From a virus (Duplodnaviria > Caudoviricetes): a DNA stretch of 40,191 nt. Positions 1 to 9,048 of the stretch are shown piece by piece. The position numbers and the translations under genes were made by a program. Position 1 is the first letter of the stretch; every line of letters starts with the position of its first letter. Location of the stretch: positions 1-40,191 of the IMG/VR virus record IMGVR_UViG_3300027707_000040. One strand, given 5' to 3'. The notes beneath the pieces are model-generated. The model was not told the DNA's origin and made no database searches. It saw only the letters and a list, made by a program, of their open reading frames with translations.

Positions 1-150
1 CGGTTGCTCCTGGCGTACCTGTTGCTCCAGTTGCTCCAGTTGCTCCAGTTGCTCCAGTTGCTCCAGTTGCTCCTGGCGTACCTGTTGCTCCTGGCGTACC
101 AGTTGCTCCTGGCGTCCCACTAGCGCCACTTGCTCCGCTTGCTCCGCTTC
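1..150 (-). repeat. 9-bp/18-bp coding tandem repeats (GAT / GTP collagen triplets)
   Basis: Repeated gttgctcca(g) and gttgctcctggcgtacc units on the + strand encode Gly-Ala-Thr and Gly-Thr-Pro on the - strand. Confidence 0.9.
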
Positions 151-316
151 CTGTTACTCCGCCAGCGTTTAGCAATACAACAGCATTTGATGTATTTTTA
201 TAATAGAGTTTTCCGTCTTTATAATTTAATGCAACTTCACCATATTCGAGATCGGTTACCAATGGTACTTTATTCTCGACATCTGAGCGTTTAAGAAGTA
301 TTGTGTCAGTTATCAT
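1..316 (-). CDS. Collagen-like tail/whisker fibre protein, N-terminal part (runs off the left end of the window; not in ORF track)
   Basis: Manual translation from ATG at 316: [90 protein letters not shown]... The IxLKRS..KVP...L..GE.A.N..DGKLY head motif is typical of phage fibre N-termini and is followed by Gly-X-Y triplets. Confidence 0.85.
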   Translation of the reverse strand, partial: MITDTILLKRSDVENKVPLVTDLEYGEVALNYKDGKLYYKNTSNAVVLLNAGGVTGSGASGASGASGTPGATGTPGATGTPGATGATGATGATGATGATGTPGAT

Positions 317-317
317 T

Positions 318-710
318 TTAATAAACTCCTCCGTCAATGAGTGGCTCATCAAGTGTATTGGACGGTGTGATTACACTTGTTACACTAGGACTAAAATCAA
401 TTTGACCTTCAAGCACACGCGTAACTTTAAGTGTTGATGTTTGTATAATTTCAATGTCATACAAGTAACGCCCTGGCTTGATAGCTTGTGTCTCGGCCGA
501 GGATAGAGAAACCAGCAGTTGCCCAAGCGTGGTAGGGCTTGCGACGGTTACCGTAAAACTGTATGCACCAGTGGAAGCGTATGATTTGCGAATCTTGCCG
601 CGTGCGGTGTATCCGCTTAAATTTGTGTCAAAGGCGTTGCCGGTGCCTACACTAACAACGGTGCTAAAGTGCGATCCTTGATCGGCATATAAGTCTGCGT
701 ACATTGCCAT
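318..710 (-). CDS. Small virion structural protein (Ig/BppU-like), conserved in T4-like phages
   Basis: DQGSxF...[14 protein letters not shown]...GRYLYDIEI...RVLEG pattern and C-terminal IDGGVY; preceded by a TATAAATA late promoter. Confidence 0.7.
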   Translation of the reverse strand: MAMYADLYADQGSHFSTVVSVGTGNAFDTNLSGYTARGKIRKSYASTGAYSFTVTVASPTTLGQLLVSLSSAETQAIKPGRYLYDIEIIQTSTLKVTRVLEGQIDFSPSVTSVITPSNTLDEPLIDGGVY

Positions 711-716
711 ATACGG

Positions 717-724
717 TATTTATA
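717..724 (-). promoter_or_regulatory. T4-type late promoter TATAAATA
   Basis: + strand tatttata at 717-724, 6 nt upstream of the ATG at 710. Confidence 0.8.
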
Positions 725-784
725 ATAAACTTTTTTCTATATATAAATTATGCATATTCAAAACCGATTTTTAAGTTAAATGAT

Positions 785-1378
785 ATGAACAAGAAAAAAA
801 TGGCGATAATTGGAACTGGTGGAGATGTAATTGAAAAAGAAAGAGGAGAATTCTTAAATGAGAATTTTAATGAAATTGTCATTATGAACCAATCTATTTT
901 TAAGATGAACGATTATAACAGATATCTTGGTGATCCTACAATATGGGCCTGCTGTGGATGGTATAACAGTGATCCGATATTTGATCCTACGCTAGAAGAG
1001 CAAAGCAAAATTCATGATATTATAGCACAATCTAAAATCCATGAAACATGGTATAACACAGTATATGATTCTTCTCTATTTAATTTTACTGTCCCACCTT
1101 ATATTAAAACACGTAAAATTAGCAATTATAAATTAGATAATCATTCATATCACTCGCTTGGCTTACAATCATTATTGTATGCAGTTACAGCGGATTATGA
1201 ATTGTATTATTTTGGTATTGATTCATATCGCAAATCATATCATTTTTATAAAAATGATGATAAGCCCGAAAACATGGGAAAAATAGCACTTGAACATTCA
1301 TGCTATCTAGCAGAAAATCGAATTATTAAAAAACTAATAGCAGATGAAAAATTAAAACACATAGATACACTATTATGA
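785..1378 (+). CDS. Glycosyltransferase, GT29/sialyltransferase-like
   Basis: Probable start ATG at 785 (the ORF-track extension overlaps the divergent promoter region). AIIGTGGDV..ERGEFL..F.EIV.MN resembles sialylmotif L, SLGLQSLLYA...LYYFGIDSY resembles sialylmotif S, and HFY resembles motif III. Confidence 0.6.
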   Translation: MNKKKMAIIGTGGDVIEKERGEFLNENFNEIVIMNQSIFKMNDYNRYLGDPTIWACCGWYNSDPIFDPTLEEQSKIHDIIAQSKIHETWYNTVYDSSLFNFTVPPYIKTRKISNYKLDNHSYHSLGLQSLLYAVTADYELYYFGIDSYRKSYHFYKNDDKPENMGKIALEHSCYLAENRIIKKLIADEKLKHIDTLL

Positions 1379-2163
1379 ATATGTTTACTACTCGCATCAA
1401 CTTGGTTGAATTAAATGTCACCGAATTGTGCACGCGTAAATGCTGGTTTTGCCCACGGTATGATAGTAAAGTATATCCTAATCAAAACAAACACATGTCT
1501 CGTGAAACCTTTGACCAGGTTTTGCACTCATTGCAATCTTCAAACTATAAAGGCCAAATATGTTGCAGTGGTTTTTCCGAGCCTCTTATGTGTAAAGATA
1601 TTATGTATGGTTTGGAATTATTGTCAAAGCACTATCAGACAATACTCATAACCAATTTTGATTTGCTGACAATTGATAAATTAAAACTGTTGGATTCATT
1701 TGGACTGTTTGAACTTAAAATTGATCTTTATGACAATGAATCTCAGTATGAAAAGTTATTGGACATGTTGAGTGAAAGTAATTATACTTCTAAAAATTTA
1801 ACAATCAAAAAGGTGTATGAAGCTAAAACATTAGAGTTTTATAATCGAGGAGGTACTGCTCCATTTGATAGCGCTTTTGGTGTAAACCCTAACCGCCCAT
1901 GCCACATTGCGTTTTATAAAGCAATGATTGATTGGAACGGTAATTACTTACTGTGTCATTCGGATTGGCATCGAGAATCTGAAATATCAAAAGCAAGTTT
2001 GAACGTTAAAAACTTAACATTAGAACAATATCTAAAAAGCAATGCATATTTAACATTTGTTAAAAGTATGTTGAATACTCAAAGAAATGGTTTAAACCCA
2101 TGCGCTAAATGTGATATTGGTGGAATTAAAGAAGGTCAACTGTGGAACCATGATGAAGCTTAA
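1375..2163 (+). CDS. Radical SAM protein with SPASM/twitch domain
   Basis: CTRKCWFC (CxxxCxxC), SGFSEPL, and C-terminal PCH...IDWNGNYLLC...PCAKCD. Confidence 0.9.
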   Translation: MNMFTTRINLVELNVTELCTRKCWFCPRYDSKVYPNQNKHMSRETFDQVLHSLQSSNYKGQICCSGFSEPLMCKDIMYGLELLSKHYQTILITNFDLLTIDKLKLLDSFGLFELKIDLYDNESQYEKLLDMLSESNYTSKNLTIKKVYEAKTLEFYNRGGTAPFDSAFGVNPNRPCHIAFYKAMIDWNGNYLLCHSDWHRESEISKASLNVKNLTLEQYLKSNAYLTFVKSMLNTQRNGLNPCAKCDIGGIKEGQLWNHDEA

Positions 2164-3115
2164 AAATAAAGAAGTTCGTATGGAACCAACAAATTTGTGC
2201 AACTATCATTGCACGATGTGTCCCAGAGAAAAGCATACTCGTAAAAAAGGAATTATGAGTATGCAATTGTATAATGGTATCATTGATCAGGTTATAACAA
2301 TGGGCGCAACCAAAATTACATTAACCAATTTTGGAGAACCTTTTATTGATCCTACACTAGAAGAAAAAATTGCTATAGCTACAAAAAATGGCTTAAAAAC
2401 ATATGTAATAACAAATGCTTCATTGTTACACTCGCCATCACAATATGACGTTGGATTATCCAAAATTGAAAGTGCTGTAAAAAATGGATTAAGTGAATTG
2501 CGTTTAAGCTTTTATGGATTTTCAAAAGGTGAATATGAAAAAACAATGAAAGGAGGCCATTATGAAACCACTCTTCAAAATATAAAACTTCTTAAAGACA
2601 TAAAGAATCGCTATAAAAGCATTGAAGTAAGTCATTTTATACTAGACTTTGATGGTGATGTTGCAATAGATAAATGTCCAGATGTAATACGTGATACGGT
2701 TGATTATTATGAAATATGGAAACCACACAACTTTGGTGATGGGAAGCAATACCGCTCTTTAGATGCTAATGTAGGCAAAAAGTCGTGTGGCCGCCCTCAA
2801 AGTGGCCCATTGCAAATCAACTGGAATGGAATAGTTGTTCCATGCTGCTATGATTATAATGAATCAATTAAACTTGGAGATGCGTCCAAACAAACATTAG
2901 AAGAGATTCTTAAAGGAGATGCTTATAAATCATTGCGCGAATCACACAACGCTAATGAATATAGCAAGCATTCATATTGCAATAATTGTGATCAGCTGTT
3001 GTGCAATAAATCTGAAAACAGTATTGTATATAGTACTAATCCAATTCATTTAAACATGGCGCCAGTTGATATTGTTAACCGAACAAATACCAGCCCAGAG
3101 GTATCTTTAGTTTAA
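2150..3115 (+). CDS. Radical SAM protein with SPASM/twitch domain
   Basis: CNYHCTMC, NFGEPF, ITNASLL, and C-terminal CGRP...INWNGIVVPCCYD...LGD...YCNNCD; likely start ATG at 2150 or 2153. Confidence 0.9.
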   Translation: MMKLKNKEVRMEPTNLCNYHCTMCPREKHTRKKGIMSMQLYNGIIDQVITMGATKITLTNFGEPFIDPTLEEKIAIATKNGLKTYVITNASLLHSPSQYDVGLSKIESAVKNGLSELRLSFYGFSKGEYEKTMKGGHYETTLQNIKLLKDIKNRYKSIEVSHFILDFDGDVAIDKCPDVIRDTVDYYEIWKPHNFGDGKQYRSLDANVGKKSCGRPQSGPLQINWNGIVVPCCYDYNESIKLGDASKQTLEEILKGDAYKSLRESHNANEYSKHSYCNNCDQLLCNKSENSIVYSTNPIHLNMAPVDIVNRTNTSPEVSLV

Positions 3116-3879
3116 TAGTTTCTTATGCATTCCTTTTCATACATAATTTGAAAAGCTTCTAAAATATCAAACTCAAAAGGAGTTTGTTTTGCAATTTGAG
3201 CCACATTATCAGAAACATGGTAATCATTTAATATTTGACTCTGTATTACACGGATATCGCTTCCGTGAATACAATCTATTTTGTCCTTTTGGCCGCATAC
3301 ATTACCATGTAAGTATATGGATGCTTTCTTCCAAGGAATATAGTATTTGCCTTTTCCCCTAAAGTGTTTGTTATAATAATGTTCTATATTACAAGATATA
3401 TGAGGATCATTTAATGTAATTTCAACATTCTTTAACATGGTTCTGGTATTTAATGTATTTCTTAATAACGCAACTCCTGCGTCTGAATTGCCATATGTAA
3501 TTATCTTTTTGTTTAACATATGGTCCTCCACTTCATTAAGCAATTTTAATAATGTATCATTACATAGAAAGGCGTCGGGATCAAGATAAAGTGCGGTCTC
3601 ATTCTCATTTAATCCACTTAAAAAATTTAGCCAACATGCAGGTTGACTGCTCATTGGATTATATTTTATAGGGTTTTTTCCATAAAATGAATCTTCGTAT
3701 CCTATACATTTTACATTTAAGTCCAACTTTTCAAATTCATCTGGTATATTGGTAATGATTGTAAGATCATCACACCACTTTTTGTTTATTTTTATCCATA
3801 GTGGTATTAACTTTTCGATATAAAAAGCGCGGCATTGATTATTATGCGATGTGACGAATGATGTAAATATCTTACTCAT
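3112..3879 (-). CDS. Putative GT-A fold nucleotide-sugar transferase
   Basis: LYLDPDAF (DxD-like), SDAGVALLRNT motif and late His (CIHG) typical of GT-A enzymes; cluster context. Confidence 0.55.
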   Translation of the reverse strand: MSKIFTSFVTSHNNQCRAFYIEKLIPLWIKINKKWCDDLTIITNIPDEFEKLDLNVKCIGYEDSFYGKNPIKYNPMSSQPACWLNFLSGLNENETALYLDPDAFLCNDTLLKLLNEVEDHMLNKKIITYGNSDAGVALLRNTLNTRTMLKNVEITLNDPHISCNIEHYYNKHFRGKGKYYIPWKKASIYLHGNVCGQKDKIDCIHGSDIRVIQSQILNDYHVSDNVAQIAKQTPFEFDILEAFQIMYEKECIRNY

Positions 3880-4790
3880 AATGATGCAAATGTTTCTTGG
3901 TCTGTTAATGTTAATCGGTGAAACAGCTGAGAGCCAAAGAAATATGGTTTAAGCGCATATCCTTTGTATGTTGCTGACTGACAATTTAATAGCGCAAAGT
4001 TTCCAGCTGCAGAGACAATACTATAACCCGATTCCGAAAGACATATCTTAACCTGTTCAAATTCTTTGTAGAGTTTATGTAATAAACTCTGATTTTTAAT
4101 GATGGAATACACCAACTTCAACGTGATTGTGTTTAAAAACATTGGTCTTGTTTGATTCAGTTTGTGTATAACTTCATTATTATTTGATATGCATACCCCA
4201 AACCTCATGCCAGTCAGCCCACCCATTTTACTAAAAGTTCTTACCGTAATACAATTCTCTGGAAGCTGGTGCATTGTTTGCAGCGGATTAATGTATGCTT
4301 CATCAATGATAAGATACTTATAATGATTAGACAATTTCAATATTTCATTTAAGGAAAAAACATGGCCTGTAGGGTTATGCGGACTTACTAAATATAACCC
4401 ATGGTTGCTTTTGTCTGTGGGTATTTCTATATCAAATACTTTGGTGTATACATAATCAACTTTTATTATTTTTTTACCATAATGCTCACAATAGAAACTA
4501 AACAATTCAAATGTTGGATGCTGAACAACCCAGGCTGAAACATCCAATTGTTGTATAAGTTCTTTAAGTATAATTTCTGAGCCATGATTTACATAAAGCA
4601 TATGATCAGAACAACCAACAGCGTCAGCGTACATTCTTTGAGAGTCATATGCAGAAGTATATGTAAAATAATCTTTATGCGTGATGCATGCCAATGTTGT
4701 TATATCCCGTATAAATGATGGACATATACATTCATTACGGTCTAAACGCAAGGCATGATCATCTGCAATTATATTGTCTCTCTTGCTCAA
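3876..4790 (-). CDS. PLP-dependent class I/II aminotransferase (HisC/CobD-like)
   Basis: LRLDRNE, SPHNPTG, LIIDEAY and RTFSKMGGLTGMRFG (PLP-binding Lys); start codon (TTG) uncertain. Confidence 0.88.
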   Translation of the reverse strand: MSKRDNIIADDHALRLDRNECICPSFIRDITTLACITHKDYFTYTSAYDSQRMYADAVGCSDHMLYVNHGSEIILKELIQQLDVSAWVVQHPTFELFSFYCEHYGKKIIKVDYVYTKVFDIEIPTDKSNHGLYLVSPHNPTGHVFSLNEILKLSNHYKYLIIDEAYINPLQTMHQLPENCITVRTFSKMGGLTGMRFGVCISNNNEVIHKLNQTRPMFLNTITLKLVYSIIKNQSLLHKLYKEFEQVKICLSESGYSIVSAAGNFALLNCQSATYKGYALKPYFFGSQLFHRLTLTDQETFASL

Positions 4791-5352
4791 GCTGTTTTAT
4801 TTTAAAAGGATTGCCAACACCAGCATAGTGTAATAAAAATGGATCATCATAATTATGCAAGTTGTATATGGTGTTTACATTATTATTTATGGCTATTCGC
4901 AATGGAAGTGTTTTTATTACTTCATTAAACACAGCTTCTTCTGCAAGAAAACTCATATCACCATCAATCTTAAGCTGTCTTATGCGTTTTAACACATTTA
5001 TAGAGTTTAGTGTATTATACCATATGCTGCATCCAATCAATGTGAAACCATTAGCCAATTCAGCGCAAACACAATCAGACAGCCCTTTATATTTTTCCAA
5101 CAAAGGTCGTATGTTATAATTTGTGTCTATAACAACGCTGTCATAGTCGCATATGATAACAGCATCATACATGCAAATATGTTTTAGTATCAAATCAATT
5201 TTAGACCAACTTGTTTTTTCGTTGGACACCTTAATAGACTCAAAAATAAAATCTATATTATTACTCCTACAAAAATCTATTTTTGATTTTTCAAATGAGG
5301 ATAACACACTTCTAAAATAATAATCAGCGTATGTTATTAGGCAAACCTTCAT
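4759..5352 (-). CDS. Glycosyltransferase, GT34 (galactosyl/mannosyltransferase)-like
   Basis: SWSKIDLI, AVIICDYDSVV (DxD), EEAVF and FLLHYAG motifs. Confidence 0.7.
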   Translation of the reverse strand: MKVCLITYADYYFRSVLSSFEKSKIDFCRSNNIDFIFESIKVSNEKTSWSKIDLILKHICMYDAVIICDYDSVVIDTNYNIRPLLEKYKGLSDCVCAELANGFTLIGCSIWYNTLNSINVLKRIRQLKIDGDMSFLAEEAVFNEVIKTLPLRIAINNNVNTIYNLHNYDDPFLLHYAGVGNPFKIKQLEQERQYNCR

Positions 5353-5935
5353 CAGGAATTATTGAAACTAAAAATGAGTTAAATTGCAATTGCTCTGAAA
5401 ATAGAGCAGGCCAATTTAATAGTATAACTTTTAGCGAATTTGACTTTTTAAGCAATTCTATATAATCATTAAATACTTTACTTATAATCTCTTTAAGATT
5501 GCTCCTTTGTTCATTGGTCAAATCGTCATCTTCATCAATGTACTCAACCTGAGTATTATAGTGTTCTAATACTATCCGATTGATATTCTCTTTTAATAGT
5601 GTTAAATCAATTTCTTCTATACTATTGCATGCCAATCCAAGAGAGCGCAATCCATGCAGCAATTTATATGTTACATGAGGAGCATCCGATTGATCTATTG
5701 TATTTTTATCAGCAGCAGAGAATATTGAATTTTCATTTGCCAATTTAATATAATCCAAATCGCGAGACATGTCGGCCATGCCTTGGTCTATATAACTGGA
5801 AATTACAACAGGCAACACCAAATTTACCTTAACTTTTTTTGAAGTAATGGCGTCACGCAGCACAATGTATGCGTCGGTTTGCTCTATAATCTCGCCTCTA
5901 TAAATCTTATTTTGCGTTGAAAGCTTAATATTCAT
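5324..5935 (-). CDS. Hypothetical protein
   Basis: 203-aa ORF tightly packed between co-oriented neighbours; no recognised motif. Confidence 0.6.
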   Translation of the reverse strand: MNIKLSTQNKIYRGEIIEQTDAYIVLRDAITSKKVKVNLVLPVVISSYIDQGMADMSRDLDYIKLANENSIFSAADKNTIDQSDAPHVTYKLLHGLRSLGLACNSIEEIDLTLLKENINRIVLEHYNTQVEYIDEDDDLTNEQRSNLKEIISKVFNDYIELLKKSNSLKVILLNWPALFSEQLQFNSFLVSIIPDEGLPNNIR

Positions 5936-5941
5936 ATTGTC

Positions 5942-6502
5942 TTACCTTATGGTGACGCTTTGGTTACCGCCACCATAGGTAACGTGTATTTCACGATAAA
6001 CAGCAACACCACTAATACTACATCTTATAGTTATACCATAGTTCTGAGCATTGCGACCGGCAAAATTTCCATACTGATAGGTTATCCACCCATTCACGTA
6101 ATAAACGTCCTGTCTAATCCCTTCAAGCGTCACCGTAAAGGAATAGTTGCCGTACGAGTCAGGTTGTAAATATTTAGTGTAAACCGTGTAATGTATTACG
6201 CCGTTGTCATTCCAGGCATAATTGCTTGTAGTTTCTTGAGTGGAACTTAAGTCCGCCTCAATCGCATAATAGTTTATAGCCTGAAATATGTATCTAAAAT
6301 CGGTGACATCGTGGCCAAACCCGGTATGCCAACCTATTTGATCTTTTGTTTCAAGAGACGGCTGATAGCGAGAAGACACGGTCCCACCCACACCAATATA
6401 GTCGCTATAGTAGGCGAGATCGCCGCGCGCCGCTGTATGGATATGCTTCAGCTTAAATATACTGTCCAAATCGGTTGTTCCAACGGTGAAGCCTGTTGCC
6501 AT
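5942..6502 (-). CDS. Putative tail-fibre-associated protein
   Basis: Directly downstream of the tail fibre gene; Tyr/Gly/Thr-rich beta-type composition; N-terminal MATGFTVGTTDLDSIF. Confidence 0.5.
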   Translation of the reverse strand: MATGFTVGTTDLDSIFKLKHIHTAARGDLAYYSDYIGVGGTVSSRYQPSLETKDQIGWHTGFGHDVTDFRYIFQAINYYAIEADLSSTQETTSNYAWNDNGVIHYTVYTKYLQPDSYGNYSFTVTLEGIRQDVYYVNGWITYQYGNFAGRNAQNYGITIRCSISGVAVYREIHVTYGGGNQSVTIR

Positions 6503-6505
6503 ATA

Positions 6506-8800
6506 TTAATTTTTTAATTTTACCAGCGCGGCCAATTCTTTAACTGCCTCAATAAGAACTGACGTTATTTTGCCATAATCAACTGCCATAATTAGTCCCT
6601 GTTCATCTCTGCATACAAACTCTGGAAGCACTTCATTTACTTGTTCGGCAATAAGACCAATATCGCTCTGCCCAGACTCTTTCCAATCAAATGTTACGCC
6701 TTGCAGTTTTTCAACCAGGCTCAATGCATTGCTTAACGGCTGTACATTTTGTTTGTATCGCAGCGACGAAGTAACATAAAAGCTACTTGCCTGCATTTGA
6801 GAAGGAGTATTGATTACACCTCCAAAAGCCGCATAGCCATCATTAAGATTAATCGATAACGCATAGCGGGCGCCGGGGAAGGGCCCGGGGTTGGCCCAGG
6901 TGGTGGAATTGACGCCAGTCCCTGGCAAAACATAAAACGTGTTTTCGTTCACATGCAGCATTGCGCTGCGGTGATTGGTGTCCTGCATGTAAATGGTAGG
7001 AGAGGCATTGTTTACATAAAGTTGGCCGGTTGTCAGGATTGACCCGTTGTTAAAAGTGACTGTCCCGCCGCCCTGTCCATCTATAAATCTTAAAGTGTTT
7101 CTGTATGAATCAATGGTTTGATTTGGCCAGCTGCCGCTTCCACCCACCAAATCTATTTGGCCGCCTTCGTCAGCGCCGGTATTGCGGTTGATTGTTAACG
7201 AACCTCCACAACTTACCGCGCCACTTGCAGTTAGCGTGGTTACGCCAGTTACTGCACCGCCAGCCACAATGGCGCCATTGCTAGTCAAGCTGCCACAAGT
7301 TACCGCGCCGCTTGCGGCTAATGTGGTTACACCGGTTACTGCACCGCTCACAGCTAATGTGGTTACGCCAGTTACCGCACCGCCCACAGCTAATGTGGTT
7401 ACGCCGCTTACTGCACCGCCAGCCACAATGCCGCCATTGCTAGTCAAGCTGCCACAAGTTACCGCGCCGCTTGCACCCAGTGTGGTTACGCCAGTTACTG
7501 CACCGCCAGCCACAATGCCGCCATTGCTAGTCAAGCTGCCACAAGTTACCGCAGCGCTTGCGGCTAATGTGGTTACGCCAGTTACTGCACCGCCAGCCAC
7601 AATGCCGCCAGTGCTAGTCAAGCCGCCGCAGCTTACCGCGCCGCTTGCACCCAGTGTGGTTACACCAGTTACCGCACCGCCAGCCACAATGCCGCCAGTG
7701 CTAGTCAAGCCGACGCAGCTTACTCTGCCACTTGCGGCTAATGTGGTTACGCCAGTTACTGCACCGGTTGTGCCTACACTAAAGGCGTTGTTTATTTTAA
7801 GGGTGCCTCCGCTAAGCTCACCAGCTGTTCCAAAGTTGGTGCTAGCGTCGAGTGTCAGGCCTGAAATACCACTAATAGCACCAGCATTAGATATCGTAAC
7901 CGCGCCAATTTTCAACGAATTGCCAGTGATCTCACCAGATGCAGTAACCGCGCCAAGCACATCCAACTTAACACCTATAGCAGCAGTCTTTCCAATACCA
8001 ATATTTCCAGCACTGTCAATGCGCATGCGTTCAGTTAACACGGTGCCTGTGTTTGTAGAGAATGTCAAAATGCCAGGCACCGCGGTCGCGTTTACTGTTC
8101 CCTCAGCTTTTGCTTCAATTGCCGCAGCTGTAATATTTAGCGAAGCTGTTGCATACCCTTGCCAATCAATTATTCCAAGCGAATCACCGTTCGTGACAAT
8201 TGCTCTAGAGCCAGCAGTGCCTCTTGACTTGACAAATGCCAACACTCCGCCGTGAGCGTCAGTGTTCGATTGAAATATAGCAACAGACGGTGTAGGTGAA
8301 GCCACGGTGTTGGATCCCATCACTCCAATACGAGGCGATAGCAGACCCTGGGTGTTGGTGGCCCGGTTAGTAAATTGCAATGGCGCAGTGTGGCCAACAA
8401 TTACTCGGCCACTTGATTCTACTATAAAAGGCGAGCCATTGCCAGTATCAGGAATGTATAAAGCGGCGCCGCTGCCAGCTTGGGTAATACGCATTGCGTC
8501 AACGGTGGTATTTGCTTTAACCGTTAAAGCAACGGCACTGGCGACGCCTGGGCCGGTGGCGCCTCCGCTGCCACCCGCAATCATAACAGCACCAGTGCTG
8601 TCCCAATATGGTCGCCCATTGCTTAAATTTGCAGGGCTTAAACCGCCAGTGCCAGTGGCTCCATCAAGAAGAACAATTAAACCGTTGGTTTTCTTTCGCC
8701 AGCTGTCAAATGTATCGGTGATAAGCACGCCAGCAGCAGCAGGCAACTGGGTGTTTGCATACGTTGCGAATGCTGTATAATCGGTGGAAAAAATGGCCAT
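6506..8800 (-). CDS. Tail fibre protein with C-terminal intramolecular chaperone (peptidase S74)
   Basis: N-terminal TDTFDSWRKKTN motif, ERMRIDSAGNIGIG fibre motif, and C-terminal SSLRYKQNV..L..AL..V..LQGVTFDWK...IGLIAEQV...P..V...VDYGK....LIEAVKEL. Confidence 0.9.
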   Translation of the reverse strand: MAIFSTDYTAFATYANTQLPAAAGVLITDTFDSWRKKTNGLIVLLDGATGTGGLSPANLSNGRPYWDSTGAVMIAGGSGGATGPGVASAVALTVKANTTVDAMRITQAGSGAALYIPDTGNGSPFIVESSGRVIVGHTAPLQFTNRATNTQGLLSPRIGVMGSNTVASPTPSVAIFQSNTDAHGGVLAFVKSRGTAGSRAIVTNGDSLGIIDWQGYATASLNITAAAIEAKAEGTVNATAVPGILTFSTNTGTVLTERMRIDSAGNIGIGKTAAIGVKLDVLGAVTASGEITGNSLKIGAVTISNAGAISGISGLTLDASTNFGTAGELSGGTLKINNAFSVGTTGAVTGVTTLAASGRVSCVGLTSTGGIVAGGAVTGVTTLGASGAVSCGGLTSTGGIVAGGAVTGVTTLAASAAVTCGSLTSNGGIVAGGAVTGVTTLGASGAVTCGSLTSNGGIVAGGAVSGVTTLAVGGAVTGVTTLAVSGAVTGVTTLAASGAVTCGSLTSNGAIVAGGAVTGVTTLTASGAVSCGGSLTINRNTGADEGGQIDLVGGSGSWPNQTIDSYRNTLRFIDGQGGGTVTFNNGSILTTGQLYVNNASPTIYMQDTNHRSAMLHVNENTFYVLPGTGVNSTTWANPGPFPGARYALSINLNDGYAAFGGVINTPSQMQASSFYVTSSLRYKQNVQPLSNALSLVEKLQGVTFDWKESGQSDIGLIAEQVNEVLPEFVCRDEQGLIMAVDYGKITSVLIEAVKELAALVKLKN
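7205..7770 (-). repeat. Coding tandem repeats in the tail fibre (about 87-bp/29-aa units plus about 39-bp/13-aa sub-units)
   Basis: Near-identical copies of gccattgctagtcaagctgccacaagttaccgc; protein unit GAVTGVTTLAASGAVTCGSLTSNGGIVAG. Confidence 0.9.
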
Positions 8801-9048
8801 TATATTGTAGAATTATTAATGTTATTTATTGTGATAAGCTTTTCAATTTGCGCTTGCATTGCAGCATGCTGTGTTTGCAACGTTTCAACACTAGTTTGCA
8901 ATGCTGCTATTTGCACATCTTTTTTTAAAAATGCTGCACGTCGCAGTATGGCTGTTTCATATGATGAAACATCAGTATTAATAATTGCATTTGTAGAAAC
9001 ATCACGTTCCAGCTTTAAATTGTCTTTTACTTTTAAGCGCGTGCTCAT
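8800..9048 (-). CDS. Small conserved T4-like coiled-coil protein
   Basis: KVKDN..LERDV.TNAIINTD motif, typically found after the large DUF4815 structural gene. Confidence 0.65.
   Translation of the reverse strand: MSTRLKVKDNLKLERDVSTNAIINTDVSSYETAILRRAAFLKKDVQIAALQTSVETLQTQHAAMQAQIEKLITINNINNSTI

Noticed and set aside
1-150. Short tandem repeats as a CRISPR array or origin iterons
   Set aside because: No unique spacers; the period is a multiple of 3 and encodes collagen triplets.
704-784. ORF-track N-terminal extensions (also at 2111, 22966, 28371, 30776 and 38706)
   Set aside because: They overlap neighbouring genes or promoters; downstream ATGs match where family motifs begin.
3876-4790. 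hisC as a histidine-biosynthesis auxiliary gene
   Set aside because: The fold family is clear but the substrate is not; no other his genes are present and the context is glycosyltransferases, so no symbol was given.
7182-8780. Long + strand ORFs (357 aa and 157 aa) opposite the tail fibre
   Set aside because: Antisense shadows of a repetitive Gly/Ala/Thr/Val-rich gene whose codon usage avoids reverse-strand stops; no independent motifs.
5942-8800. Diversity-generating retroelement or invertible fibre cassette
   Set aside because: No reverse transcriptase or invertase in the window, and no template/variable repeat pair noticed by eye.
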